Below are positions 28,136-37,731 of a DNA stretch of 64,000 nucleotides, piece after piece. Location: contig JAJYOG010000007.1 of the NCBI GenBank assembly GCA_021785935.1, positions 417 through 64,416 on the forward strand, in the 5' to 3' direction. The stretch is from Actinomycetes bacterium. GTDB taxonomy: Bacteria; Actinomycetota; Thermoleophilia; BMS3ABIN01. The notes beneath the pieces are model-generated. The model was not told where the DNA came from and did not search any database. It was given only the letters and a program-made list of their open reading frames with translations. The first letter of the stretch is position 1; every line of letters starts with the position of its first letter. Both the position numbers and the translations under genes were made by a program.

Positions 28136-29560
28136 CTAGGTCTTGCCAGATTGTCCAAACCAACCCTTGACCTTCGCCAGAACCTCATTCCACAACCCTA
28201 CACTAGGGGTAGAGGGTTCAGGCGGCTGACTTGGCCCCCTTAAAAAAATACGCCTGCTTCCATACAAAAGCAAGCCTACGGCCGTAGCATAGACGGGATT
28301 ACCAGGGATGTCAACAGCCCCCGAGCCCACTGTCGGGACACCCAACCGCGCCGGCAACCCGGTCACGTTTCCAGCCAGGCCGCAGATACCCTCAAGCTGG
28401 CTTGAGCCTCCGGTGACTACCATCCCTGCAGCAACACTTGAGAGATAACCACTATCGCGGGCCTGTCTTAAAACGAGTGAAAAAATCTCAGAGACTCGCG
28501 CTTCAATTATGCGCGAAAGAAATTTTTTCGAGAAAGTTACGATGCGCTCTTCACTGGATCCCGGAACCGCGATCGGAATCTTTGCCATTTCAATATCCTC
28601 GACCAGATGACTCTGCGCGTTCCCGTATTTGAGTTTGATTTCCTCAGCCACCGCCAGCGGTACTTTCAGGCCAACGGAGATATCCCTGGTGATATGATTT
28701 CCGCCCACCGGGAGCACAGCCGTGTGTACCAGCCGTCCAGCGGCAAACATCGCCACATCGGTCGTTCCTCCCCCGATATCAACCAACACGACTCCGGACT
28801 TCAAATCCTGATCATCGAGGCAGGCCTCGCTCGAAGCCAGCGGTTCCAGCACAATGTCATCAGTTGACAGGCCGGCCATGCCTGCCGCTTCAATCAGATT
28901 CTGAATGGAGCTGATGGCGCCAAACACAAGATGGCCTGACATCTCGATCTTCTTGGCCCACATGCCAACCGGCCGGTGAATGCCATCCTGCCCGTCGAGG
29001 GTATATTCCCGCGGCAGGGCGTGAATTAACTGAAGATCGGGATCAACATCAACCTGTTTCAGTTTCTCAAGCAGCGCTTCGCGTTCCGCCTTGGTCACAC
29101 GGCGGTCCTCGTTAGGATTTTTGATTGTAACCTTGCGGTTCATCGAGACCACGTGGGCGCCGGCAACTCCAACAAAAGCCTCGCGCACCTGGTAACCCGC
29201 CGCCGCTTCGGCTTTCTCTACCGAGGCGCTGATGGACCGGGCGGCATCTTCCAGGTCCACGACCACACCCTTGTGCATGCCCTGCGCCGGCGCCTGGCCG
29301 ATTCCGGCAACGCGCGACAGATCTCCATCCGTATTTATTTCGCCGATGAGACAGGCGATCTTGGTCGTGCCCACATCCAGCGCCACTACGGGAGAAAATC
29401 CAGAATCCAGGCGCAAGTCATTCGCAGCGGTCTTGAACTCAGCGTCACGCTTCTTGCCGCGCTTCTTGCCGCGCTGTTTTTCGCGCTTCTTGCCGCGCTG
29501 ATTATTTTTCCTCTGATTGGATTTTTCGTTATCCATGTCGTTCAAATCCATGTCGTTCAA
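28136..29560 (-). CDS. ftsA: Cell division protein FtsA; N-terminal 58 codons are polybasic low-complexity and the start is uncertain
   Basis: Actin-fold motifs ([17 protein letters not shown]; [14 protein letters not shown]). An alternative GTG start at 29386 would give [10 protein letters not shown]. Confidence 0.85.
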   Translation of the reverse strand: MNDMDLNDMDNEKSNQRKNNQRGKKREKQRGKKRGKKRDAEFKTAANDLRLDSGFSPVVALDVGTTKIACLIGEINTDGDLSRVAGIGQAPAQGMHKGVVVDLEDAARSISASVEKAEAAAGYQVREAFVGVAGAHVVSMNRKVTIKNPNEDRRVTKAEREALLEKLKQVDVDPDLQLIHALPREYTLDGQDGIHRPVGMWAKKIEMSGHLVFGAISSIQNLIEAAGMAGLSTDDIVLEPLASSEACLDDQDLKSGVVLVDIGGGTTDVAMFAAGRLVHTAVLPVGGNHITRDISVGLKVPLAVAEEIKLKYGNAQSHLVEDIEMAKIPIAVPGSSEERIVTFSKKFLSRIIEARVSEIFSLVLRQARDSGYLSSVAAGMVVTGGSSQLEGICGLAGNVTGLPARLGVPTVGSGAVDIPGNPVYATAVGLLLYGSRRIFLRGPSQPPEPSTPSVGLWNEVLAKVKGWFGQSGKT

Positions 29561-29583
29561 ACTTTATTGAAATGTCAACCGGC

Positions 29584-30576
29584 TCATTGTTGCGGCACGT
29601 CGGTCGCGATGCCTCCGCCCGCTCCACCGGTACCTTCACCGGCAGCTCCATTCCTTCCCGCTTCATTTCCGGTGGTTCCACCTGCTCCAGTCCCATTAAC
29701 AGGCGTTCCACCGGCTCCGGCGCCCGATTCCCCCGCTGCGCCTTGTGCGCCGTCTACTGTCGCACCCGTACCCGTCGTCGTAGCCGCGGACACCGCCGCC
29801 TGGGCTGATTCATCGGCGCTTGTAATCGTCTCGGGAGGAGGTGGTGGCGCCTCCTCTTTCGTCACCGGACGCTCCGGAACTGAAACATCTATCGTCACCT
29901 GCACGCCGGCCGCCACCGATCTTGCCAGCAGTTGCCTTAGAACTTCGAACTTGAGACCGTACTTGTCGAGCGAGCCGAAATGCACGTTGACGCCTGTTTT
30001 CGTCCTGGCCCGGATATCGCCATTATCCACCGAGACCTCGGCAAACTCGTAGTTGAAACTTACCGGTATGTTCGCCAGGAAATCGGTGCCGGCCCCGACA
30101 TCCGCGCACTCTGAAAATCCACCGGCCTCGCCGGCGCATGGCGTCTTTGTCATCACAACCGGCATCACCGGGCATGACTCAGCCTGCGCTGCCAGAATCC
30201 TGCTATCCGGGGCCAGAATATAATTCATGCCAGCGGCGCCTTTCAGGCACGCCAGAGCCCGGTACTCCCGTATGTGAATAATGACCGTATTGGGAAAATC
30301 CCGATCGAAATCCACACTCTCGATATATGGCATACCGCCAAGCTCACCGCGGACGGCATCGAATGATGGATGGATGATGCTTTGATTGCGAAGCAGTGGC
30401 CCCGCTTTCTCGAGAATCTGCTCCGTGGGGATGACCCGGTTGCCGTCGACGATAATTTCGTTAACGGCAAGGACGGACGACTGGCTCAGCAAGAACACTG
30501 CCGCGGCGCCAATGCCGGCGAGCAAAACCGCGAGGGTAACTTTCCACAAATATGAACGCATGTGCCCTGATGCCAT
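29584..30576 (-). CDS. ftsQ: Cell division protein FtsQ (POTRA domain) with Gly/Ala/Thr-rich C-terminal tail
   Basis: 330 aa. N-terminal TM anchor, POTRA-like region. Sits at the ftsQ position between murB and ftsA. Confidence 0.75.
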   Translation of the reverse strand: MASGHMRSYLWKVTLAVLLAGIGAAAVFLLSQSSVLAVNEIIVDGNRVIPTEQILEKAGPLLRNQSIIHPSFDAVRGELGGMPYIESVDFDRDFPNTVIIHIREYRALACLKGAAGMNYILAPDSRILAAQAESCPVMPVVMTKTPCAGEAGGFSECADVGAGTDFLANIPVSFNYEFAEVSVDNGDIRARTKTGVNVHFGSLDKYGLKFEVLRQLLARSVAAGVQVTIDVSVPERPVTKEEAPPPPPETITSADESAQAAVSAATTTGTGATVDGAQGAAGESGAGAGGTPVNGTGAGGTTGNEAGRNGAAGEGTGGAGGGIATDVPQQ

Positions 30577-31574
30577 CAGCGTAACACCGGATCCTTTAGC
30601 TCGATGTCACCCAGTAACATGACCTCCGGCTCCAGGACGACACCGAATTTTTCATACACGAGCCGGCGGCATTCATTCATCAACCAGATGACGTCCGCGC
30701 TCACGCCGCCCTGATTTACAATGAAGTTGGCGTGTCTGGTGGAAATTGAGGCGCCCCTGTGCTGAAGGCCTTTACATCCGGCGCGCTCAAGCAGCTCGCC
30801 AGCGCTCATGCCTTCCGGCGGGTTTCTGAAAACACTGCCGCAGGTGCGCTCGCCAACCGGTTGATTTTCCGTGCGCTGTTCACGGTAGCGGGTCATCTCA
30901 GCTTTTATACTCTCAGTCTCGCCCAGGCTGAGCGCCAGAACGACCCGGGAGATAACAGCCCCCGGGGGCAGTTCGCAATGGCGGTAAGAAAATTTTAAAA
31001 AATCGCGGCCGATCTCTCTGGTCTCGCCCGGCAGGCAGAGCGTTATCCGTTCGGTGAGACTGCCGATATCCGTTCCCCAGGCGCCGGCATTCATGGCTAC
31101 GGCGCCGCCGATGGTTCCAGGAATACCCGCGAGAGCTTCAAGTCCGGAAAGCCCTGCTGCTGCCGCCACCGATGCGGCTTTGGGCAATGTCGCTCCGCCG
31201 CCACAGGTCAGTCTGCCGTCCTGCGCAGGTATACATTGTTTCAAATCTCCGGCGAGCCTGATTACCATCCCGTCCCAGCCAGAATCGGCGACCAGCAGAT
31301 TCGATCCAAGCCCAAAGACAAACCAGTCGACTTCATGGGCGGCTGCGATATGTAATATTTGGGCAAGCCGCTCAGAGGATTCTGCTTCGATGAGGAGAGC
31401 CGCGGCGCCGCCGCAGCCGAGGGAAGTCAGACTGCCGATGTTGGCTCCGGCAACCGCTGGGTTGCCGGCAGCCCGTTCAAGTTCGGCGAGAACCTCCTGA
31501 TCATACAAGGCTTTCCTGCCTTTCGAGGGCCGCCAGTAGGTCTTCACCGACCTTGAAGATATCGCCGGCGCCAA
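30576..31574 (-). CDS. murB: UDP-N-acetylenolpyruvoylglucosamine reductase
   Basis: 332 aa. FAD-binding domain (FGLGSNLLV) and MurB C-terminal domain. The start may be downstream of 31574, which would remove the 74-nt overlap with murC. Confidence 0.85.
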   Translation of the reverse strand: MAPAISSRSVKTYWRPSKGRKALYDQEVLAELERAAGNPAVAGANIGSLTSLGCGGAAALLIEAESSERLAQILHIAAAHEVDWFVFGLGSNLLVADSGWDGMVIRLAGDLKQCIPAQDGRLTCGGGATLPKAASVAAAAGLSGLEALAGIPGTIGGAVAMNAGAWGTDIGSLTERITLCLPGETREIGRDFLKFSYRHCELPPGAVISRVVLALSLGETESIKAEMTRYREQRTENQPVGERTCGSVFRNPPEGMSAGELLERAGCKGLQHRGASISTRHANFIVNQGGVSADVIWLMNECRRLVYEKFGVVLEPEVMLLGDIELKDPVLR

Positions 31575-32919
31575 TGGTTAGAACCAGATCGCCCGGCCTG
31601 AGTTCTCTGAGCAGCAACGGCACGACATCCTTGGGCTTGGGGATATAGGCGATATTCGCGGATGGGGACCAGCGGAGCGCCGAATCGACTACCAGTTTGC
31701 CGCTAATGCCGGGCTCGGGTTCCTCGCGGGCTCCAAAAATGTCGGTAACGATAGCAAGGTCGCAATTGTTGAGTGCGTGTCCGAACTCATCATGGAGATA
31801 ACGGGTGCGTGAATAGAGATGAGGCTGGAAGGCTCCGATCACCCTGGTCCAGCCACCAGAGCGCGCAGCTTCCAGAGTAGCTTCGATCTCGGTCGGATGG
31901 TGGGCGTAATCATCAACGATGGTGATGCCGCCAGCTTCCCCTTTAATCTGGAAACGTCTCGCGGCGCCGCTGAAACGGGCGAGCGCCGGCGCGGCCGTGG
32001 TTGGCTCGACGCCGATGAGGTCCAGAACGGCGATGGCGGCCAGCGAGTTGAGCACATTGTGAAGCCCTCTCACCATGAGCGATATGTGACAGCTGCCGCC
32101 TTTTCCTGTGCTGGAGCCGCCACCGGACCAGGATAGGTCGAATGATGTTCCTTCACGATCTGATTTAACTTTGGTGGCGCGGTAATCACTGCCTGCTTCG
32201 GTTCCGTAAGCAATAACACGGGCGCGCGTCGATTCGGCTATTTCCCTCAGGAGAGGCGTATCCCAGATCACGAGGGCCCCTTCCTCCGGCAACCCGGAGA
32301 CAAACTGTTTAAATACTTCGATGACTTCATCCACTGAAGCGTAGTGTGAATGATGATCGAGTTCGACGTTGGTGATGACCGCAATCTCGGGGCGCAGATG
32401 CAACAGTGAGCCGTCGCTCTCGTCCGCCTCCGCGACCAGCCACTCGCCGGCGCCGGCCCGGGCATTGCTGCCGACATCATTAAGTTCGCCGCCGACAACG
32501 AAAGAGGGCATGAGCTCCAGAAGCTCCATGGTATTGGCAATCATAGAGGTCGTGGTGGTCTTGCCGTGAGTACCGGCAACGGCCACACCGCGCTTCATGC
32601 TCATCAGTTCCGCCAGCATCTGCGCACGCTGGTATACGGGAATGCCCCGTTCCCGGGATGCTACCAGTTCCGGATTATGTTCCGGGATGGCCGAGGAGAC
32701 GACCACGGCGTCGGGCCGGTCGAGATTGGCGGCGTTATGTCCAAAAGCGACTTCAACTCCGCTTTCTTCGAGCATGCGTGTGTAACGTCCACGTTTGAGG
32801 TCAGAACCGCTAACCTCATAACCAAGTGTGTGGAACACCTGGGCGATGCCGCTCATGCCGGCCCCGCCAATCCCTATAAAATGGATCCTCTTATTTCGGG
32901 TCTTATTTCGGGGACACAA
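31501..32919 (-). CDS. murC: UDP-N-acetylmuramate--L-alanine ligase
   Basis: 472 aa. IHFIGIGGAGMSGIA N-terminus and Mur ligase central motif GTHGKTTTTSM. Confidence 0.9.
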   Translation of the reverse strand: MCPRNKTRNKRIHFIGIGGAGMSGIAQVFHTLGYEVSGSDLKRGRYTRMLEESGVEVAFGHNAANLDRPDAVVVSSAIPEHNPELVASRERGIPVYQRAQMLAELMSMKRGVAVAGTHGKTTTTSMIANTMELLELMPSFVVGGELNDVGSNARAGAGEWLVAEADESDGSLLHLRPEIAVITNVELDHHSHYASVDEVIEVFKQFVSGLPEEGALVIWDTPLLREIAESTRARVIAYGTEAGSDYRATKVKSDREGTSFDLSWSGGGSSTGKGGSCHISLMVRGLHNVLNSLAAIAVLDLIGVEPTTAAPALARFSGAARRFQIKGEAGGITIVDDYAHHPTEIEATLEAARSGGWTRVIGAFQPHLYSRTRYLHDEFGHALNNCDLAIVTDIFGAREEPEPGISGKLVVDSALRWSPSANIAYIPKPKDVVPLLLRELRPGDLVLTIGAGDIFKVGEDLLAALERQESLV

Positions 32920-32983
32920 TACTTAATTCTCCAATCGCTTTAGCATTCTTATCCGCCAATCCTCACGCGCCAATCCTAGCGGT

Positions 32984-34147
32984 CTACTTCCCGGCAATGG
33001 CGAAAATCTCGTCAGAAATTTTTCCGGCGCCGTCGCGCTCTCCCAGCCGGGCGCTTGCCGCAGCCATCCCCGCAAGCCGACCGCGATCTCCCAGCAGCAT
33101 TTCAACCTTTCTCTTCAGAGCCAGTCCGGATAGATCCGCGTCAAGGATGATTTCCGCCGCCCCCGCCGCAACCATCCACTCAGCATTTTTTAGCTGATGG
33201 TCGGCGGTAGCATAAGGATAGGGCACCAGCACGGCCGGTTTGCCCAGCGCTGCCATCTCCAGAACTGAAGCGCCGGAACGACCGATCACCAGATCCGCGG
33301 CTGCGGCAGCCAGCGGTAAATCAACTGTATAGTCTAACAAATGATAATTGTCCGGGTCGGCGCCGCGTTCCCGCAGCAACTTTTTTACCACCTCAAAATC
33401 ACGCCGGCCGCTCACATGCACCAGTTGAAAAGGCAGATGAGAAACGCCGAAGGCTTCGACGCAGGCAAGGTTTATCGACCTCGCCCCCAACGAGCCGCCA
33501 CTGGCCAGGACAACCGGCGCATCTTCCCTGAGCCCGAACTTTTCACGGCCCGCCGGCGCCGTGGCCTCAAGCAGATCACGCGACATCGGGCGCCCCGCCA
33601 GCAAATATTTTCCGCCATCACGGCCGGGGATTTCATAGCTCAAGGCGACCCGCTTCACCAGCGGCGCCAGAACCCGGTTGGCAAGTCCCATATATGAATC
33701 CAGCTCGACAATGAGGGTGGGTTTCCGCATGAGGAAGGCCGTAAAAACCGGCGCCCAGCTAACATAACCGCCGCCGCCGACGACCACATCGGGCCTCCGC
33801 TTCTTCAGGATCCGCGCGCAATCGGCGCTACCCTTGATTAGCGACCAAATGAATAGGAATATCTGTGGCGACAGACGGCGTTGAAGCCCGCGCAGATCGG
33901 CCAGGTCGAGCTCATATCCGGCCTGCGGAACCAGCTCGGTTTCCAGCCCCCTGCCGGTGCCAATGAAAGTTACCCTGGCGCCCTTAGCCGTGAGCGCGCC
34001 GGCGAGGGCCAGGGCCGGCACCAGATGGCCGGCCGTCCCTCCGGCCGCTATTACCACCTTTAACGGCTTTGAATTTTCTTTGGGGAGCTGCAGCAATTTT
34101 ACCCCGTGGGTTGACGGCAATATTGAGTAATATACCAATGCTGGCAA
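32984..34147 (-). CDS. murG: UDP-N-acetylglucosamine--N-acetylmuramyl-(pentapeptide) pyrophosphoryl-undecaprenol GlcNAc transferase
   Basis: KVVIAAGGTAGHLVPALALA G-loop. The ORF start at 34147 (TTG) overlaps ftsW by 164 nt. The real start is probably near 34096 (TTG). Confidence 0.85.
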   Translation of the reverse strand: MPALVYYSILPSTHGVKLLQLPKENSKPLKVVIAAGGTAGHLVPALALAGALTAKGARVTFIGTGRGLETELVPQAGYELDLADLRGLQRRLSPQIFLFIWSLIKGSADCARILKKRRPDVVVGGGGYVSWAPVFTAFLMRKPTLIVELDSYMGLANRVLAPLVKRVALSYEIPGRDGGKYLLAGRPMSRDLLEATAPAGREKFGLREDAPVVLASGGSLGARSINLACVEAFGVSHLPFQLVHVSGRRDFEVVKKLLRERGADPDNYHLLDYTVDLPLAAAAADLVIGRSGASVLEMAALGKPAVLVPYPYATADHQLKNAEWMVAAGAAEIILDADLSGLALKRKVEMLLGDRGRLAGMAAASARLGERDGAGKISDEIFAIAGK

Positions 34148-35249
34148 GAATCACTACCAGGCTCGATCCACCATAACTGATCAGTGGCAAAGGCACGCCT
34201 GTCAGCGGCAACAGGCCGGTGACGGCGCAGAGATTGATCGCGGCCTGGCCGACAAGCATCGATGTGATGCCGGCGGCCACGTACTTGCCGAAAGAATGAT
34301 GGCATTTGACCGCGATGCGAAAGCCCATGTAGGCGAAGGCGGCAAAACCTCCTATCACCAGCAGCGCCCCCAAAATTCCTATCTCCTCACCAATGATGGA
34401 AAAAATCATGTCGGTGTGCGGCTCGGGCAGATAATTAAATTTCTGGACGCTGTTGCCGAGCCCGACCCCTGACAGTCCGCCTGAGCCGATGGCGACCCAG
34501 GATTGAATGATCTGATGCCCGGTCCCCGTGGCGTCTTTCCAGGGATCAAGGAAAGCGGTAATGCGGTCCATCTGATGCGGGCTGATAAATACCGATACCA
34601 GCGCCAGCCCGGCCATTGCCAGGGCGGGAGGAGCCAAAACCCTCATGCTGACTCCACCGATCAGTAGCATCCCGCCAAGTGTAACCGTGAGTGTAATGGC
34701 GGTGCCCATATCCGGCTCCACCAAAATCAACAGGCAGGCAACCGCCGGCAAAGCCAGAATCGGCAGCGCCATATCACGCAACGATGTGAGCAGTTGCTTG
34801 CGGGCGCTCATGGCGCTGGCCACAAATATGATTACTGCTATCTTGGCGAACTCTGAAGGCTGAAAAGTTGCCAGGCCAAGGCCAATCCAGCGCCTGGCGC
34901 CCTTGGCGCTGACCCCTATTCCGGGGATGAACACCAGCACCAGCAAACCGATGGCGATAATCATGAGCGCGGGCGCCCACTTGCGCAGTTTCATGAAATC
35001 GAAGCGGGCCAGCCTGAACATAATGATCAAACCAATCGCGGCGTAAAGCAGCTCGCGCTTGAGATAGAAGTAACTGTCCTGGTTCTCAAAGTAGGCGCTG
35101 GCCAGACTGGCGCTGAATACCATGACCACACCCAGGGCCAATACGATCATGGTAACGGTTGTGAGGAACGCGTACTCATAGGTCCCCGAAACCGCCCGCA
35201 TGCGGGAGCGCTCCCGAATCCGCTCTTTGCGGCGGTTAAACGGGCTCAA
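33984..35249 (-). CDS. ftsW: SEDS-family peptidoglycan glycosyltransferase FtsW
   Basis: 421 aa, about 10 TM. SEDS motifs (LDPWKDATGTGHQ; PEPHTDMIFSIIGEE). Confidence 0.85.
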   Translation of the reverse strand: MSPFNRRKERIRERSRMRAVSGTYEYAFLTTVTMIVLALGVVMVFSASLASAYFENQDSYFYLKRELLYAAIGLIIMFRLARFDFMKLRKWAPALMIIAIGLLVLVFIPGIGVSAKGARRWIGLGLATFQPSEFAKIAVIIFVASAMSARKQLLTSLRDMALPILALPAVACLLILVEPDMGTAITLTVTLGGMLLIGGVSMRVLAPPALAMAGLALVSVFISPHQMDRITAFLDPWKDATGTGHQIIQSWVAIGSGGLSGVGLGNSVQKFNYLPEPHTDMIFSIIGEEIGILGALLVIGGFAAFAYMGFRIAVKCHHSFGKYVAAGITSMLVGQAAINLCAVTGLLPLTGVPLPLISYGGSSLVVILASIGILLNIAVNPRGKIAAAPQRKFKAVKGGNSGRRDGRPSGAGPGPRRRAHG

Positions 35250-36757
35250 GCTTCCTCCGCTTCGATCTTCTTGACAATACTCACGAAATGTTCGCCTCGT
35301 TGCTCATAATTGTCATACTGGTCAAAACTGGCGCAGGCCGGAGACAGCAAAATCACATCCCCCGGTTCGGCGTTTTCACGGGCGATACCGACAGCCCGCT
35401 CGAGATCTTCCGCCATCTCCACATCGACGCCGATAATATCGAAACTGGTGGCGATATCGTTGGCCGCTTCACCGATGAGAATAACTTCATTGACCCGGGC
35501 CTGGGATGCTTCTTCAGCCAACTCATCGAAATCGCATCCCTTGGAGCGGCCACCGAGAATCAGATGGATGCCGCGCCCATATGCGGTCAAAGCCTTGATG
35601 GCCGCGTCCGCGTTGGTGGCCTTGGAATCGTTAACGTACGTGATCCCAGCCACCACCCCGACCTCCTGAAGCCTGTGGGGAACGCCCGGAAAACTTCTGA
35701 TACCCGACGCCACCTCATCCGGAGAAATCCGAAGACACAGGCATGCCGCGGCCGCCGCCAGGCAGTTATCCAGGTTGTGCTCGCCTCTGATCGCTGCTTC
35801 AGACCTTTCAAGAATTGCATGCGATCCAGTCGCTTTTGAGACTTCGCCGCTGGTACTGCCATTCCTGCCGGACGCCGCCATTTCAAAGCTTGGCAGCCGC
35901 GATCTGAGGCCGGAGCTGGCTATCTCCAGGCCGTGCAGGTTTGCGCGAATAACGCCATCGCGGATGAACACCAGCGGCTCGGCGTTCTCGCCAGCGCCGG
36001 GTTTGGCGTCACCGGCACTGCGGCTGAACCAGACTCGTGAGGCATGACCCGGTACATGCCGGCGGCAGTTGGGATCGTCAAGATTGATGATGGAGACGTC
36101 TTTGGCATGTTGATTTTCAAAGATCCGCATCTTGGCGGAAAAATAACTTTCCCTGTCAGGGTGACGGTCCAGGTGGTCTTCGGTCAGATTCAGAAGGATG
36201 GCGATATCGGGCCGGAAGTCGATGCTGTCTTCCAGCTGGAAGCTCGAAAGCTCGACGACCAGCAGTTCATCCTTATCAACCTCGCCAACAAGCGACGACA
36301 GGGCGATGCCGACATTGCCGGCGACACGGCAGGGCCGCCCGCTCCCCCGGATAACGTGGCCCAGCAACTCGGTAGTCGTGGTCTTGCCGTTAGTGCCGGT
36401 TACCCCGATGATGATGTTCTCCAGGAAATGCCAGGCAAACTCGATTTCGCCGCATACCGGTATTCCCCGCAAATGGGCTTCCAGCAATAAGGGATTGTCC
36501 TGCGGGATGCCCGGGCTCTTGATCACAAGCCCGCAACCGTCGAGCAACTCATTGTCTTCCCGTCCCAGCTCCACGCTGATGCCATCCGCACGCAGCGACT
36601 GCTCCGCTTCTGCCCCCCGAGGCTCGGAATCGCGATCGGCGATGATGACCTCAGCCCGCGGCAGAACTCTGCGCGCTGCCAGCGCCGCCGCGACGCCCGA
36701 GCGTGCCATGCCCATGATCAGCAGCCGGCCGTTTTCCTCGAAAGCGGGAAAAGTCAT
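35246..36757 (-). CDS. murD: UDP-N-acetylmuramoylalanine--D-glutamate ligase
   Basis: GVTGTNGKTTTTEL P-loop. Start placed at MTFPAFEENGRLLIMGMARSG (about 36757) rather than the ORF-track start at 36850. Confidence 0.85.
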   Translation of the reverse strand: MTFPAFEENGRLLIMGMARSGVAAALAARRVLPRAEVIIADRDSEPRGAEAEQSLRADGISVELGREDNELLDGCGLVIKSPGIPQDNPLLLEAHLRGIPVCGEIEFAWHFLENIIIGVTGTNGKTTTTELLGHVIRGSGRPCRVAGNVGIALSSLVGEVDKDELLVVELSSFQLEDSIDFRPDIAILLNLTEDHLDRHPDRESYFSAKMRIFENQHAKDVSIINLDDPNCRRHVPGHASRVWFSRSAGDAKPGAGENAEPLVFIRDGVIRANLHGLEIASSGLRSRLPSFEMAASGRNGSTSGEVSKATGSHAILERSEAAIRGEHNLDNCLAAAAACLCLRISPDEVASGIRSFPGVPHRLQEVGVVAGITYVNDSKATNADAAIKALTAYGRGIHLILGGRSKGCDFDELAEEASQARVNEVILIGEAANDIATSFDIIGVDVEMAEDLERAVGIARENAEPGDVILLSPACASFDQYDNYEQRGEHFVSIVKKIEAEEA

Positions 36758-37725
36758 CGTCCCGTGGACAGATAGAAGATTGTGAAGCCAGTTGAGGCAA
36801 AGATGGCGCCGACGATCCAGAAACGCATGATGATCTTGGTCTCGGACCACGCCATCAGCTCAAAATGGTGATGAATTGGCGTCATCAGAAAAACCCGCTT
36901 GCCGGTCATCCTGAAGCTGATCACCTGGATGATGACCGAGACCGCCTCAGCCACAAAGATGCCGCCGATGATGATCAGCAAGAGCTCGGTCTGAGTCAGA
37001 AAAGCCATGGCCGCAATAGCTCCTCCCAGAGCCAGCGAACCGGTGTCCCCCATGAAGATCTCCGCCGGGAAAGAATTAAACCAGAGGAAACCGACGCAGG
37101 CGCCGCCGAGACAGGCGGCGATGATCCCGAGGTCGGTCTGGCTGGTGAGAAAAGCAATGGTCATATAGGTCAGCATCGTCACCGTGACCGAACCGGCGGC
37201 GAGGCCGTCGAGGCCATCGGTAAGATTGACGGCATTGGAGAAAAATGCAATGAAGAGAAAGATGAAGATGTAATAAAAGAGGCCGACATCAAGAACCCTG
37301 TCACTCATCGGGATCTTGATGCTCTCGGAGAGATCGCCGTAGCGGACCGCGATCAGTCCCACCACGATCGCCAGCAGCAGCTGCAGGAGCAGTTTGCCGC
37401 GCGCCCTGAGCCCCAGCGAGCGTTTCTTCCTGATCTTGGCGAAGTCGTCGGCGAAACCGATGGCGCCGCAGCCCAGAGTGGTCAGCACGACGATCAGGCT
37501 CTTGACGCTCCATTCCCACAGAATGAAAAAGGGCACCATCATCCCTACGATAATGAGTAGGCCTCCCAGCGTGGGAATGCCGGATTTGGTCTTGAGGTGC
37601 TGCTCGGGGCCTTCTTCGCGAACCTGCTGGCCGAATTCGTTCTTTTTGATAAATTTTATGAATTTTGGTCCCAGGAGGAGGGTGATCAGCATGGAAGCGA
37701 GACCGGCTGCGAGGAGTTGGAACAT
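36754..37725 (-). CDS. mraY: Phospho-N-acetylmuramoyl-pentapeptide transferase
   Basis: 323 aa, 10 TM. DDxxD-like motif (GFADDFAKI) and NAVNLTDGLDGLA. Confidence 0.9.
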   Translation of the reverse strand: MFQLLAAGLASMLITLLLGPKFIKFIKKNEFGQQVREEGPEQHLKTKSGIPTLGGLLIIVGMMVPFFILWEWSVKSLIVVLTTLGCGAIGFADDFAKIRKKRSLGLRARGKLLLQLLLAIVVGLIAVRYGDLSESIKIPMSDRVLDVGLFYYIFIFLFIAFFSNAVNLTDGLDGLAAGSVTVTMLTYMTIAFLTSQTDLGIIAACLGGACVGFLWFNSFPAEIFMGDTGSLALGGAIAAMAFLTQTELLLIIIGGIFVAEAVSVIIQVISFRMTGKRVFLMTPIHHHFELMAWSETKIIMRFWIVGAIFASTGFTIFYLSTGR

Positions 37726-37731
37726 TCCGGA

